From the NCBI RefSeq assembly GCF_022539665.2, contig NC_081331.1, positions 7,006,001 through 7,070,000 on the forward strand: a DNA stretch of 64,000 bases, written 5' to 3'. The position numbers and the translations under genes were made by a program. Shown here piece after piece: positions 29,301-42,706 of this stretch. Every line of letters starts with the position of its first letter. The stretch's first letter is position 1. The notes beneath the pieces are model-generated. The model saw nothing but the letters and a program-made list of their open reading frames with translations. It did not search any database and had not been told where the DNA came from. This DNA is from Daphnia carinata (lineage: Eukaryota).

Positions 29301-32300
29301 TGTAAAACTGAAGAAAAGAATGGATGGTTTACTTGCCGTTACAAGTCTCGCCACATAGACACACACACACACATAAACAATCACACAGAGACCGCCTCCT
29401 TCCTTCCATATCGACATTGTCGGAATTCATCAAAGTAGAGAAGGCCGACCCGGGTGACCCGCCATTTCCCATGCTATTAAAAGAAAAATAGATAGGGAAA
29501 AAATCAAGCCCGCAAGGAGGTTTTCGGCACATCAAACCATTTGACGTCGTTTTCCAGTGATTCTCATTCTCCTATCACGCTGAATCGTTTTTCTTTTTCT
29601 TTTTTTTTTTTATCACGTATTTTGATGTTGCCAGCCGCAATCATTCGATTTTCTCCCCGGCTTGTGAAGAACATGATGACGATGATGTACATGATGTGGG
29701 ATCGAATAGCTTCTTTTGTTCTCCGTTTCTAATCTCCGCTACGGTCGTAAAAGAAAAGGAGGAAAGAAACAAATTCCATATTCTGTTATTTCATTTCCAT
29801 GGTGTTGCCCACACGTAACAATTCGTGTATATCGAGTCACATTGGCTAGCCCGTAGAAAAAGGAAAACGAGTGGTCAGACAAAAAAAAAAAAAAAAAATT
29901 TATTTCAAATCTCTTTATCTACCAAAACGGGTGCTCAGCAAGAATAATAAAATTTAAATGGCCTCGAGTCATTTCGTATACTCGCTAATACCGCTCCATT
30001 GACGCATAGAAATCCGTTTGATAAAGGAGGAATTGAATCAATGCAGTGATATATAGACGCAATCATTCAGACATTTTTATTCAACTTCTAAAGGGGAAAA
30101 AACGTCATTGTAATTCTGTAGCTGGTCCGCTAGGATGTTCAACAACCTTGACTTCGTCCGCAACATCTTTTCAAGGCAATTGCCGTATGGCTATTTTATT
30201 TTAGTCTTTTTTTTTTCTTTAATTCATTTCGAGGTCGTCGAATATATGCACGCACGACAATCTAGTACATTGTACGTCTTTGATATCAGTTCAACCATAA
30301 ATTTTCAAACGTTTCGCTTCTAGTACATGAATTGCTACGATAACTGGAGGCGTTGCTCCGTGCGTTTTGTTTCGTTGATTTATCCTTAACTCCCGGAGCT
30401 CCTGGCTCTGTTCTTTTTTTTTTCTTTTTAATCATCTTTTTTGAAATTTTTCATCCTCTCCCTTCTCCGCCTTTCCTTTCATCTGATGTCTTGAGTGAAG
30501 ATGAAGAGGGGTATGGCGAGAGATCATCGGACTTTATTCTATGCATACTTATATATATATGCACGCGTGCTGTATATATATATATATTTTCCTTGTCTTT
30601 TGTGTTTGTGTAAATCACGGACGGCATATCCAAGTTGTTGTTTTTGTTCACCTTGTGCCCCCCTTTTATTTTTTTGCTTTTCTTTTGTTTCGATTAAATT
30701 TTTTTTATTTTCCTTTCTTTACCGGGTTGCGACGTCGTTGAACGACGACAACTGGAACGATCCAGCGTCAAGGGCTTGCGTGTTTAGTCCTCTGGGGCGC
30801 CATGAACACCCATGAGCGTACGGTGTGAAAAAAAAAATCGAGGGCCGAGGTGGACGACCGACCGAAAAGAGTTTTTAAAAAATGCAGAAGCAAATAGCAA
30901 AGAAATAGAAGCTCTTGGCGCTACCTTGCGTTTATCGATGTGTGTGTGTGTGTACGCTAGTAAAGGACGTTTGCGGCGGGGGTTGATGATGATGATGATG
31001 TGGAACCCTGGAAACGAGCTTTTTTTGCCCAACGCAAAACCCGGATTCGATTCGTTTTTTTCCTACACACGATGCTCAATTAAATCAGCAGGAGGAAAAA
31101 CACAGGGAAAAAAAAATGACACGAAGTGATAATTCAAACGACCCGACCAATGCAGTAGAAGGAGGCGAAAATCAGATCACGTTCTCTGTCGTTCGGGTTA
31201 ACAGTTTAGACAATGAAATACGAAAAAGAACAATGAATAAAAATAAATATTTTTTCCTTGCTAGTGAAACGGAATGAAGAAAATAAAAATGCGTTGCTCC
31301 GACTGCAGTCAGTGCTGCGAGCGTTGACGGAGAGTGTAGGCTCTCCATAGGATTATAGACTACGTTGCATTGCTCTAAGCTCAAGTCTTGGTGCTTAGTT
31401 CTCCTTCTTTTCTTCCTCCCCTCATTCGTTTCGAACTCCCCCCCCCGCCTTTCGCCCTCCTCCTCCTCCTCCTCCTCCTCTCTCGCTTCTTTTATGTGTA
31501 CACCTGGCGGGACTTTCAGGTGAGCAGGCTCAGTAACGAAACTCCGGTCGTGCTGGACGGTCTTGTTTACTATTCCATTCCATTTCGTTTCGTATTTTTT
31601 TTGTTTTACGTATAACATTTGCATACATTTTTTCTTCGCTTTGTTATTGACGTTATTCAACAGTGAGTCACTTTTCTTGTGCCACAGCGATTGAACAACT
31701 TTACCGCGAAAAGGATCTTTTTTTTTTCCTTTGTCCGTTCAATCAAAAAATTTTTGATTGTTCGTCGAGAGTTCTTCTCACCGGGATTCTCACACGCTGT
31801 TCCAGGTGCATATATTCTCTTTTCACGTTTCCGAAATGCTCGTCACGGGCTCCGGAAGTTGTTCGGGAGGTACAAGGCTTTTTGTTTGTTTTATTTTTAT
31901 TGCAAATGATTAGTTTTTCTTGTCTTGTTATTTCGAGACTTTCTTTTCGTGAAAGGTGTGGCGTGTTTTGTTTCTTTTTTTTTTTTTTTTTTTCTATGTT
32001 TTTGTGTTCGTTTATTTCACTGTGTTAGCCCGTGTGTGTCTGTAGATGTGGGCTAGGTTCAAGACAAAGATCTGTCAGTTGTTCTGACCTTCCCGTTTGC
32101 TATTTTTGCCTAATTATCTCTTTGACTAAAGAAAACGAAACAAAATGCACTAAAAATCTTTGGAAGAAGGCAGATGATAACTAGCGAAACATAGTCGGAG
32201 GAGCTGAAAAGGTTCTTGGCTTGTGGCCTTTTACGGCATGCTTTAGGAACGGCCGATGTCGATGTACGAAAGGGGTGATGTTGCGTGTTGTTGTGTTTAG

Positions 32301-35300
32301 TCTGTGGGTGTGTGTGTGTGTTACCATGTCGGCGTGTCCCGGCATCACGAAGCAGATGGTTGCGCCCTACTCTTTATCGACGTAAAAGGGAAAACGGCGA
32401 TGACTTTGAGTACATTCGTCTCCTGTGTTGACCCGCTCTCATCATGTCGCACTCGAATACCAGACCCGCGCGCTAAAACTTGTTTGTTTTCTTTGGTTTC
32501 TCTTTTTGAAATTGGTCCACATCCTTGTCAAAACTAGGCAATCCTCAATCTACCAGTTTACCCACGACCTGAAAACGATGGAGATTCACTCCATTTGCGC
32601 TAACCTTTTCCAGTTTCGTTTTCGGGATTTCGCCCTTCTCCCATTGAGGTTAAACATAAGAGATAATGCGGATTTCCTTAGTCTAATTCCAAAGAGGTCG
32701 CATGTGCCATTTTTTTTTATTTGTCGCCCCTTTTTCGCTACCAGGGATTTGGTGTCTGTCGGTCAAAGGAAACAATTTCCGCTTGTCTCCTGCTTGACGA
32801 TGAATCGTCCTCACCCCCACACCCCTCTGTTAAATAAGTTAAAATAATCGTTCCTCCATCTCCCCCTGAAAAATAAAATAATACGCCCTATGCTCATCCG
32901 CACTTGAACTAGGGTCCTCCCCCCCACTTTCTGGTATCCGTTAGTTCCCTTACCACATGTGTTACCTTCTGTAACAAACAACAAAAAAAAACAAGAGCAA
33001 CTGCTAGAGACATGGGCTAACATGGGACAAACCAGGTGTTGCTCTCCCCCCCGACTTCACAGAAACCGTCTGGTTCCGGTCCACAAAGCGAAATAAATAA
33101 CGACAATTTTTTTTTTTGAAGCTGGAACAATCAGCCCACCTGTTTATTGTAACCCTCTATTTATTTGGGGGGTGGGGGGAGAAGGGGAAAACGCGTGCTA
33201 CCCTTTCAGGTGTTTCATCTGTCGATCCAGTTTCTCAATGACCCGTGGGCCACATTTGAAGGTTGCCGTCTGTTTCTTTATCGCGCCCTTGATTCTCCTG
33301 TCAGGCCCAGTGCTTTTCCTTGTCCATAACGCCATTCACGAAAGATTTCGATTTCGTGTTTTTTTTAGGGGGGTTTCATTTCCCTTTTTTTTCTCCCTCC
33401 CTATTTCCGGTCCTTCGCCTTGGCGTCATACGTTTCCGCAGCCGAGAGAACAAAGGCAGATCGCCCTTGTAAGCCGTTTGTGACATCTGCTACTGTCTTT
33501 AGACGAATCTGTTTCCCAGCAGATAGTGTACTATGTTTGTTGTACCTTTTTCTTTCTTGACTGGAAACACTTAAGTTGATTGTAGACCACTGAAATTTTA
33601 TATTTGATGGCGTCAGGAAAGACTAAAATGACGGCAGGGGGTTCTAGTTCTACAATATTTCTTTCGACTTCCCACCGCTCTCGTTTGGCGATCTGCTTGA
33701 TCAGTCAAGCTCGAACGATCACTGGCTTTTTTTTATGTTTTTTTTTCTTGGATTGGCCACATACCACACAATGACGATGACACCAGAACCCCCCAATGAT
33801 GTTTCATCGCCTTACCTTTTGTTTCTAGTCTTTCGTTTTCAACAGCCGCCGTTTCGCTCTGCTGTAACGAAAATCCTCGATGACCGTGTTCTCCGGAATT
33901 TGAAATCGGTTTAAAATGAAAATCATGTTCAAACCAAACATTGCGTTTGATTTGTTCGACTTTCTTTCCGCTTTCGCTGTAATAGCAGTGTTTTGACGTC
34001 GGTTTCAAACTTTTTTGAATTCTAGTTTTCCGCTCTAAATGAATCGCGCCCTTTTGTTTAACAGGACATTGTAAAAGAAAGGGAGCTACATTATAAAAAA
34101 AAAAGAGATTGAGAAAGACGAAGAATTTGAACTGATATGATTGTCGTTATACAATTTAAAAAAAAGAGGAGGGACTGGGGAAAAAAAAAACAAGGACGGC
34201 CTCGCGTAGTTTCCGGGGAAACTATTTGAACCTCCTGTTTGGCGGATGCGTACTCAGGGAACGTTTGAAAATTTCCTTCCTTCTAGCCGCTCATTAAACA
34301 CGGCCGTTCCCTTATTGTTCCCCTTTTTCTTTCTCAAGAAAACGAAGAACAGCGGCCTTCATTGCGTTTGGTTTGCAAAAGTATGTCAGTTCGTGCACCT
34401 ATTTTGAGTGATTTCGCCACGAAAAATAAAATTATGGAAATGAATACGTACTGAAGACGTCAAAAGGAAAATAGAAAACGGTCGGAGCCACCTTATTTCC
34501 GCTTTAGTTTTCAAAAATCAGTTCACGCCGAGTCGCGTCACCGATCATTACGAGCGATCCGCTCTATTTTTATTGAACGTTACCCTTTTTTTTTTTGCGG
34601 TTCGCCGTACTGCATTGCCCAGCATTGGAAACCACGCATTTGTCTAAAAAAAAAAATTAATAAAAACTCATTACACTCCCGATCAATCTTTGCCCTTCAT
34701 AAATATTACCGGTTATATGCTACGATTATTTCCTGATGTACCGGTAGACCATCTGTTTTCGGCTTCTGTTTGGCTTCGTCCAGCAAAAAAGGGAAAACGG
34801 TTTCGGTCGGGCTGTTTTGTTTCTTTTCCGTTCACGATGACTTACCTGCAGACATGCACGCTATGAAAATAGGGTTTGTCTGAAAAAGAAAGACAACTGT
34901 CTTTATGAATTAATTCGTATCATGCCCTTGGAATTCGAATCTCCAGTTTTCCGCCCTGAAGGTTCGATTCAACTCGAAGAAGAAACGACAAGCCACCAAG
35001 CGATCAAAGACTCTAGTTGGTATTTTCGTATTCATTCCCTCCTCATGTCTCCCCTCCGTTTCTTCCTGCATTCTTACAGTTGGCCGAGTCATGACGGGTA
35101 ACAAAAGACGGTGCAGGAAAAGGAAAAAAAAAATGCCGATAAAAGTCTTAGAAAGATATCAGATAGCATATACCGATAGCTGGAACATTCTTACTCTTAC
35201 GGCAATCTTTGAATTCTAATACTAAACGTTTTTTGCTTGAATAATTGCAGGCGGCGTCAATAGCGAGTCGATTCTGGTCAAGAAGGAGGAGACGAAAGCC

Positions 35301-38300
35301 TTTTGGGAAGGCAAGATGCAATCCGAATTGGAGGAACCTATTCCGCTGACACGCAACAACCGGATCAAAACGGAATCGCAACCGCTTCAGCGTCAACAGT
35401 CCACTCTGTCGCCTCCGCCCGGATTCGACAATGATTTGCTCGACAACGAACAGGACGAAGCGGCCGAACAAGAGGAAGAACCTATTCTAAGCAACATGGA
35501 ATTCACGGACGTGGCTTCCATCACATTCAAAGGCGACGATTCCGCCGTGGATATCAAACCATTCGTCGTTTTTGGCAGTTTCGAAGACGGTGGCTCTATT
35601 GATGACGTCGATGCCACCGCACCCACCAGCACTGCCATCGCTCCGGCGCCTCTTTCGGTCGCTGTCCCCAATGAACCTAAATCTCAAACAAGTCACGACA
35701 TACGGCCAAAATCGTTGTACTTCGAACCGGAGCGTGACTCATCCAGCAGCGACGATGAACTGGAAACGGAGGTCAGTGCAGCATCGTTTTCGGTCAACAA
35801 AGGCGTTCATTCCATCAGTCCGCATTCGAATCCAACCGAAACGCTGATTGAGCGGGAAATACGGCTTCAGCGCGAACGCGAAGAGGCCGTGCTTCTCGAA
35901 CGTCAGAAGGCTCTGCAAATGTTGGAAGCGACGCGCAAACAAGCGAAACTGCCCGAAGCGGCGCCGCGGAAGCCTCACATGGCCGAATCCAATAAGAGGG
36001 AAGGGCACAAAGTAAGCCAGCCTGGTGAATTTGTCAAAAAGGCGGAGTCGAAGAAAGCCATGGAAGTGTTGGTATCGCCGACGGAGATCCGCATCTCGGA
36101 GGAGATTCGCGAATTGAAGCGACGCGAAGAGGAGCTGCGCCAATTGAGGGAGTCGAACGTTCGCAATGTGCAGAACGGCTGCGAGGATCCGTCATCGTTC
36201 ACCACCAATGGCGTTACTGACGACGAAGGACTTTATTCGGATGCCGAGCGTGATGTCAGCAGCAGCGAAGCTAACAGCAGGTTTGTGTCGCGAAATGTTT
36301 TGTTTTGTTTTTTTCGCCAGGGGGACGTGACACCCCAATATTTAGCCAAGCGTTGGGTGTTGTTGCCCTACTTGCAGAATTTCGACTGGGTTTCAAAACT
36401 GGAATCTATAATCGTCAATGAAAGATTTTCAAGCGAATTTCATGCACCAATTCCCATTTCGTTTGGATAGTAAATTCTGTTATTTGTTCTTTACTCCGTT
36501 TATAGTTAATTCGTTTGATTTTATATGGTTCTGTTCTCTAATTTCGTCTTGCTTTAAATGCAGTCGAGTCGAAAGTCCAGAAGCCGGCCTGATTCCTAGC
36601 GAGTATTCGAAATTTCCTCACCAGAGGACACAGTCGATGGATTCGATGAGTTCCGGCCACAGTTCGGGCGATCACGTCTTGACCCACACGCCTAATCCGG
36701 GCAGCAACACGGAAATAATGAAGCGGGGTGGTCGTTCCGGCAAGCCAATCGTCATGCCACTAGACGATCTGTCGGATGAGGATGAAACCCCAGCTTATCT
36801 AAGGTATGCTTCTATTCCAAGGTACAAAACGTCTATGACTGAATGGAAAATTCCGTGAAATTACGTGGAAATCATTTAAATCTATATACTTGGCCAACAT
36901 TCCATCAAGATTTTGTTTCACTTTTGGCACGGTAACGTGCGGTTTTAATCAAATTATTATTCTGTGGCTGTGAACCAATGTCCTTGCTCTTTTAGTCATC
37001 CATTTCTTTCCAGTTTTTGCACGAGACAAATTTAGACATTAAAAAAACAGTTAGAGTTTGAATAATTGAATAATTTGACTCGCTACCGAATGGCACTAGG
37101 TCAACCTTTGATGAGTCAGTAAGCCATTCAAATGCTATCGACTTTTTCCAGCGCTTCGACGATTCATCGGCTGACTAAAGTGGTTCGGAAAATCAATTCT
37201 TGCGTGTTTTTTTTTTTATTTTGTTGGGATTTGTTGCAATCATACAAATGAATGAACTCACCTTTAAAAAAAAACTATTTAGCAGGTCTAAAGAGACACC
37301 CATTGAACGCGAAATTCGTTTGGGTCGTGAGCGTGAGGAAGCCTTGCGCAGAGAAAAAGGTCTTCAACCCGGAGGGATGACGGTGTCTGTAACTAAACAG
37401 AATGAGAAAGAGGTCAGTGAATTTTGCCAAATTATTTTTTTTCCTTTAAATCCTTAGTTAATATTTTTTTTGAATGGCATCATTTAACTCTTCTTCCATT
37501 AACAGAATCGCCAGGCACAGAGGTTCGCCAATTCGAGCAGCGACAAACGGGATGTCCAGCATCGTTACGCATCGTCCGTCATTCAGCGCGAAATGGACGA
37601 GATTGTCGAAAGGGAAAACGAGCTTGTCCGCGATGGAAAAATTCAAACTACGTCACTCGAGCGAGCTGGCTCCAAGGTTCGGATAGCTTTAGAATAGTTT
37701 GTACCCCTGTCGCAAATCTATAAATCTAAGGACTCGCTTTGCAGGCTTCCAGCTTGGCTGATTACTCTAGAAAAAAGACTGCCATTGGACCAGCTAAGTC
37801 CGTGTCATCCATTCAGTCCCCTACCACGGTGGAACTCGCTCTGCAGCGCTCAGAGTCAGTTGTCGAGGATCGAGAATCGCCATCCGAACCGCAGCATGTC
37901 AAGAAAATGCCGCAGATGAAAGTGACGTATGGCAACCGCGGCTACGGCAACGCAAACCTATCGAGCGCGACCGCCAATGGCGGCCAGCCTGCCGCCGCGA
38001 CGGCGACATGGCGCAATTTCAGCAATCCCCAAGGTGGCCAGCGCGGCCTGATGGAGAAATTTCTCCTATCACGCGGACGCTTGAACGGCCCAGCTACTTT
38101 CAACGCACCTACACCTTCGGCACCCACGGCGCTTTCTTCCTCATCACCGTTAACACATCACAGCGTCGTCACCCCAGGATCATCGGCCGGTGATCCTGTT
38201 GGCGTGATCAACCAGAGCAATAAAATGACATCGGCTCCTGCCCGTTACGTTGTGCCCGCAGTTAAACCTGTAGAATCGCAAATAGCACGAAGAGACGAGG

Positions 38301-38816
38301 TGAATTGTGCTTTATTCAAAGACATTTTTTGATGAGCACTCGCAAGATAATTATGTTTGAATACAGGAGGATAAACAAGTCCGCGAGAAAGTTGTGCCTC
38401 CTCGCCGCCATTACGCCACTACCGAGGAGAAAATTCAGCAAGAATTTCGCGAAATGCAGAAAAGAGAAGAAGAGCTCAAGTAAGAAAACTTTTATTATAG
38501 ACGAGCAGTTATCGGTTTGACTAACGATTTTTTGGGGTTTGCATCGCGTAGATTGAATCGAAGCAAATTTTTTGCCAAATCGCAACCCAATTTACTTGAC
38601 ATTGACGATCCAGTTGTGAACGAACCAGAACAGCGCCTGGAGGGACAGCTGCGAAGTGCCCACTCCATTTCTGACCTGCTCGCAGATGAGACACAATCAG
38701 TGGAAATGAGAGAGGAATTGCCTCTGAAGTCATCTTCCTCAACAGTCAAAGGAGCTCGCCGTAAAAGTGCATTGATTGCCCAGTGGGAAAATAGAATTCA
38801 CCAACAAGACTTTTGA
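20348..38816 (+). CDS. Large low-complexity scaffold protein with MISP/AKAP2 C-terminal-type repeats (AKAP2_C family)
   Basis: Exons read by hand, all GT-AG and in frame: 20348-20434, 22264-24355, 35251-36280, 36564-36803, 37286-37412, 37506-37676, 37745-38299, 38367-38479, 38552-38816. Motifs ETPIEREIRLGREREEALRREKGL and C-terminal RRKSALIAQWE resemble vertebrate MISP and PALM2-AKAP2 sequences as I recall them. Confidence 0.8.
26665..26684. repeat. (TG)n microsatellite
   Basis: Seen directly. Confidence 0.9.
26966..27101 (+). CDS. Alternative internal first coding exon C of the MISP/AKAP2-like gene
   Basis: ATG 26966, 45 codons + 1 nt, then a perfect GTAAGT donor. Phase 1 matches the acceptor at 35251. 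Confidence 0.65.
31456..31480. repeat. (CCT)n trinucleotide repeat
   Basis: Seen directly. Confidence 0.9.
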
Positions 38817-39013
38817 AAGATTTGGGGGATGATCTTTGTTTTGAAATTAATGAAACAGCTTCCATAATATATGCAACACGCTTCTTCATCCGCAGCCGGA
38901 ATAACGGACAATTCCAAAAACAGTAATATACCCCTTAAGTTACCCGCATTTTCTCGCCTCTCTTGGAATTCGGTTGTCTGTCGAGATGCTTTCTCCCTTC
39001 TTTTCAACACATT

Positions 39014-39035
39014 CCCCCCCCCCCCCCCCCCCCCC
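39014..39035. repeat. poly-C tract in the 3' UTR of the MISP/AKAP2-like gene
   Basis: About 22 consecutive C. Confidence 0.9.
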
Positions 39036-40032
39036 GATTGCTATGAATTTATTCATGGCCTTAGCACTGTTTGCGCAGTGAAACTTTCCCGTCAAGTGCC
39101 CTTATGTTGCTTATGAATTTATTTTTGTTTTTTAAATATCTTTTTTTCTATCTTTTTGTTCCTTTGTTATATCGTCATCACCTAGTTTACTTGAAAAGAA
39201 AGTTTAAATAATCAGCGATTCTGTGTGCCAGGCTTATAGACTGAAATTAGTTAATCAATCGCGTTAATATCGTGTGAAGAATTACAAAATAGATTTTTTT
39301 TCGAACTGGCTTCGATGTATAGCCCGTAAACGGAGCAGCGCGGTGATTCATGAAATTAATACATGGTTTATCTTGGAAAGAGCACAGCTTTCGTTTTTTT
39401 TATTCAGCAGCTTTCTCTTACTCATTTATGAGAACAATAGTGGCTGCTCTCAGATACACAGATATCGTGACAATAAGCAAGTTCCTGCCACGAAAGCTTT
39501 TCGTGATGATTTTTTTGTTTCAGCGTGACGCCATCCATATGGCGAAAATCAATTTTTTTTTCGATTCGCAACCTATGATTTCCCCGAGAACAAAAAGAAG
39601 TTTATAATTGTTTCAGCGGTGAAGGGTTGGAAAACTTGCGTTTTATTTGGCAGACAAATAAAAAGTTTTCTTTTATCACAAGCTCGCCCTTCATACTGCT
39701 TAGAAAGTTCATCGTTGCCTGCAACAAGCATTTCATCTAAAATAAGCATGAACTTTCTGTGCTACCCATACTAAAGAATTATCTTTCCAAATCAAAAGCA
39801 TACTTGTTTCTAGTAGCTCCAAATGATTCCTCTACTTTAGTCTCATTTGGCTCCTACATTACGCGTTTAATCGATGTGTTCTGGGTTCAAAAGTTTATTT
39901 TTAAAACCAAATTATAATAAACGAACAAACAAAAAAAAATCAACGTTTTTAACCGTATTGCTGCGTTGGATGCGTTAGAAGAAACATAAAACCGGAATAC
40001 TTGGCAAAAGGAAAACAAGGAATTTTCCGAGA

Positions 40033-42706
40033 TCAATCCAAGAAGTTTACCTGCAAAAAACATTGACGTTAAGCAAACATTAAAAGACCCTGAAAGGGGT
40101 TCACGATTTTCTTATTACCTTTAGGAATTTTTCATGAAAATTCTTTCTTAAGCCCGGAACTAGTTTGAGCGTATCGAGATCGTTAAACAACCCATTAAGA
40201 TTTCGATAAGTAATAATGCAGTGTCCCGCTTTCGGGCCGATGGATGGCAATTTCTGCATCTGGGATTGTGATGCTCTATTCAAATAGTCTAGCATGTCTT
40301 TCCTTTAAGTTCAGAAAGCGTCTTTAATAACATGCGCTTTCGAATTGGCAGTTAGAAGCGAATACATTACTTATATTTAGCGATGTTCTGTTCTGATTTT
40401 CCTTCAGGAATTGGCAGTGGCAAGACGGATGCGCGTTTCACAGTTTTTCTGGTACTGGATCGTCGAGGTGTCGGAACCACCAATTTCGAATCATTTGCAT
40501 TCATGGTAACGTTGGACAATGTCTGTCCTAGATGCGTGAAAGCAAAAGAAAACATAACCGCATTAAAGAAAAATGTTCAGGTAAAATCTATTTTTCTTGC
40601 TAAGCAATACTTTTCTCGGCCAAACGTGTACTACGGCGGCGTCCATCATTTATCTGAGAAATGCTATCCGTCAACTCAGAAGTCAAATTCAGCGCATCTG
40701 GAACGGTGCCAGAAGCTAATAAATGAAAATATAGTGAGTTAAGATAAATAATCAAATCACTGATACGAACATAGGCATACATGTTATTTGGTATGAGGTG
40801 CTCCTGACGTTCTCTTCTAGTAGACTCTGGAAACTCAAATGTTGAGAACAGTTAGCCAGCAGAGAATGTGCTAGTTTGTCTTTGAATCCTTCTAGGAAAG
40901 TGTCCACTCTTTCCATCACGGCCATTTGGATACGATTCTCGATATCCTCCGAATCAGACAATTTAGATAAACTTCTCTTAAAGGATCCCGACACAAAAAC
41001 TGATTCATCAAGATTTGAACACTTTTCGGACATTGCTAATTGTTCTGGAACAGCGAATGATGATCCACCAGGCGTCACTATTCTGTTTCGTTCAATTGGT
41101 GCAAAAGGTGTCCTCCACGGAGTACTCCTTGGAGTTTTGAAACGAATTCTGCTCGGTGTTTTTAACTGAACTTGAGCCAACGCCGGTTTCAACGGTGTTT
41201 TGAACGATGATTGAACTTTTGTCTTAATTGCTCTGGCTTTAGCCGCAAACTGCAAAGCGGCAGATGTCGTCGTGATACTCTGAACATCTGCCTTTACACA
41301 GCAAATAAGGACAGTCAAGCTGTTACCTGAAAGCGAATCTATTGGTTTTACAAAATAGAAAACAACTTTAAGAAAAACAGCAACAGCGTAAAATATTAAT
41401 ACAAAGAATTAAATTACCTTTCAGGGCACGAGTTAGTGCAGATTCACGGTGTGGAATATGCGAGACATTTTTGCTATTCAAAGCGTTAATCACTTTTCCT
41501 AAAGCCAACAAACCTACGAAAAATTAGATTTCACAAAATTATAAATTAAATCGTTTAGAGAATTGATATCCGTAAATAGGAATAACAAAACAACTTTAAC
41601 CTTAAAAACAAATGAACCTTGGGATACCTTTGTTAATGAAAATTCCTTCATTTTTTGTCTCTCCCGTTGTTCCATCTTTAGCCACGGCCTCAGAACCCGC
41701 AAGATCAACGATTTTGAAAACTGCATGTCGATTTTCACCACTATGAAAACAAAACAATCAGAATTACGCGATTCTAAAACAAGCTGCCAATAATACTTTC
41801 TCTGAATCTCCAATTTTAGGCTAATTATGGCATGGGATCGGCTTGACGAATCATTTGACTTCGTTTTTTTAACTTGTCGCCTTAAATTCGCTTTCTGTAT
41901 GAGGTGCAATGCTTTTTCTTGGTTATGAACTTCGACGTCAGTAATGTTTTCCATAATAACATTTTCGACTGTAACAAAGAACGTTAGCAGATAACCTTAT
42001 ACATTGTACCTAAGTGAAACTTAAAAAGTACTACCTTTGTCATTTTTTATTTCAATTTTAGACACTACGGGAGAAAGCAAATCAAAAATTTCTTCTTTGT
42101 ATATTTCCAAAAATGATATTTGAACTTTGGAAATCTGGTACTGTTCTTCAGTACTATCAGTCTTAATGGAGAAGATCCATGAAATGATTTGACCCAACAG
42201 ACCAGCCTCATCATGGTTAAAGCTTGCATCCTATGTATGAGATTAAAAAGATGCTGAATTTGGTAGCTTATGGCTAAGACTTTTCATTTAATAAAATTTA
42301 TACCCCCGCATTGAAGTTTGCAGTTCCTAGTGTATAGCTTTTGCCTGCGCCTGTAGGTCCATAAGCCATTACAGTTACATTGAAGCCTAAAACCAGTTGC
42401 TTTAAAAGAGGTAGAGTGCTCTTTTCAAATACTTCTTTTTGACTACAGTTGATATCATAAACATGATCAAAATGGAATTCTTTTTCTTTATTAAATTCAA
42501 CCTAGAAATTTGTGTAACATATTTGTGAACAAACAAAAACAAAATGATTCATAAAAAATTATATTATTCTATACCTTTGTAGAAGATAACTTCACAAGGA
42601 TAAAATCCTCGTCATTTAAAACGTCGCCATTTGAACATTGAGGTAAATTATTCCATTTGGTTGATGCTGGTTTTATACGAACTTGAACTTTCACAGGAGC
42701 ATCCAT
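40033..42706 (-). CDS. Kinesin-10-type chromokinesin (Nod/KIF22-like) with C-terminal helix-hairpin-helix domain
   Basis: MDAPVKVQVRIKP start, P-loop GPTGAGKSYT, SFLEIYKEEIFDLL, switch I NDSSSRSHA, switch II VDLAGSE, C-terminal LNRAS..MQKLPSIGPK HhH motif. Multi-exon. Confidence 0.88.
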
